A DNA stretch of 63,608 nucleotides, counting the filler, from Octopus bimaculoides (taxonomy: Eukaryota), in assembly GCF_001194135.2 (NCBI RefSeq). It is 5 parts of 4 records of this genome, joined end to end, with 100 filler letters (N's around TTAATTAATTAA, not from the genome) between each part and the next. Parts side by side here need not be neighbours in the genome. Positions count along the whole stretch, not along the records: positions 60,184 to 63,608 come from NC_068989.1; 4 more parts are not named here. One strand, written 5' to 3'. Below, piece after piece: positions 62,106 through 63,608 of the stretch. Position numbers and translations under genes: made by a program. The notes beneath the pieces were generated by a model, which was not told the DNA's origin, did no database searches, and saw only the letters and a program-made list of their open reading frames with translations. Position 1 is the stretch's first letter, and the number at the start of each line of letters is the position of its first letter.

Positions 62106-62797
62106 CATTATTATTATTATAATATATAATACTGAAATACACATAAATTAAAAACATGCTGACAAATATATTAATACAACAAATTAAAAAAAATAATAAA
62201 AAACAAGCAATCAATGAAGAGACAAAAGAAACAATAACTTGATACATATTGATTTTATTAGGTATTTCTGTTTATTTAGAAACCTACAATGAACAGACGT
62301 TAAACTATAAATGTCAAGGCGTTAAACTATAAATTTCACAAAGTACAACCTTAAAGTTGACACCACTCCGCTAACCGCAGAAAATTTCTGTCTCGCTATT
62401 GGCTCAAAGTACAGTGATTTTCCGATCTTTAAACCTCTGTAACTCTTTCTTCCAATTTTTCTCTATAACATCATATCTTCATAGCAATGTAACTGGAATA
62501 CTACATTATTATAGCCAATTTTCATATCTTTTTTTACTTTCTTTTAAAAAATGAATACTTTGCGAATGGAAAAAAAAACTAGATCCCTGCAGTCAAATGA
62601 CTGAAACAAATAAAAGAATAATAGAATAAAAGTAGAATAAAATATATATACACACACGTACATATATGCATATATACATAAATACGTATTTATGTATANN
62701 NNNNNNNNNNNNNNNNNNNNNNNNNNNNNNNNNNNNNNNNNNNNNNNNNNNNNNNNNNNNNNNNNNNNNNNNNNNNNNNNNNNNNNNNNNNNNNNNN

Positions 62798-62832
<35 letters not shown>

Positions 62833-63564
62833 TATATACACGTATATGTGTGTGTGCATGTGTATGTGCAAAAGAACTTATATTGTGTGTGGGCTCGCCT
62901 TTCTTTAAACTTACATAAAACTCAACACGTGTAGTTCAGCTGTGTTGTAGTCTATAAGCACTCTTCTTTGCCGCTTGCCTGCTAACACATGGGTCGGGAC
63001 TGGCTTATGATCTTTACTATGATAGATTGGTTTAAATGAGGTTTTGATGGCTTTTGATGGCTTCCTCTCTAGATTTTGTTGAGGAGGAAATGCTATTCAT
63101 TTTATATAATCATATCTTCTGTCTACTCCCCCGAACAATCTTTTACAACCTCCACTACAGAACCTCCATAGACGTATGCTTTATAATACTTTACATCCCC
63201 ACCAATCTACCTTTCCTTCAAAATACATAAATATAAGTCTTCATACTTAGCATGTGAGTTAAAAATGCAATGTGAGAACGTTCATGAATGAGAAAACTCA
63301 ACCAAAATTCTTACACAAATTCTCAAACATATATGTCTGAAGATATACAAAGGCACATATAAAACTAAAACAAGGTACATCAGTACGATAAATGAATAAA
63401 TACAAGTATATTCAAGTAGATACAGAGTCGGTTATAGTAGCATATACCACATGTCTATACGAAACACACGGCAAATGCTCATAAAATGATGTTTACCAAC
63501 ATTTCTACACACAGCCCCTTCCCTATGAATATATTTTATCAAAATTACAAGTGTACTCTATCTT

Positions 63565-63608
<44 letters not shown>

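Noticed and set aside
62914-62979. Minus-strand exon candidate with AT|GTAAGT donor
   Set aside because: Overlaps sequence resembling the SINE tail (gccagtcc..acccatg..agc..gcaagcgg) seen at 47230-47280

Overview
AT-rich eukaryotic DNA with many gaps and microsatellites, and no prokaryotic features, rRNA or CRISPR arrays. The repeat content (several tRNA-derived SINE families, AT/TG/TAA microsatellites, mariner/Tc1, CR1, RTE, R4 and Tx1 LINE relics) looks like a coleoid cephalopod, probably Octopus. That assignment is recall-based, not a database result. Four identical 100-bp spacers (44N-TTAATTAATTAA-44N) show the window is five scaffolds joined artificially, so adjacency across them is unproven. 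Most long ORFs in the track are gap, microsatellite or transposon artefacts. Best host-gene signal: two clean phase-1 exons on the + strand (45503-45610, 46131-46247). They encode a 5-Cys EGF-like module followed by a beta-defensin/big-defensin-like C-x8-C-x3-C-x11-C-x4-CC module, probably ending in a stop codon split by an intron (T|AA at 47681). Other highlights are a signal-peptide first exon (30966-31079, -), a 12-kb LINE pile-up in which R4/Dong-like and Tx1-like elements meet repeatedly at (TAA)n tracts, two spacer-less head-to-head LINE junctions, and long palindromes, one carrying a hammerhead-core-like motif. All family calls come from reading translated motifs by eye.
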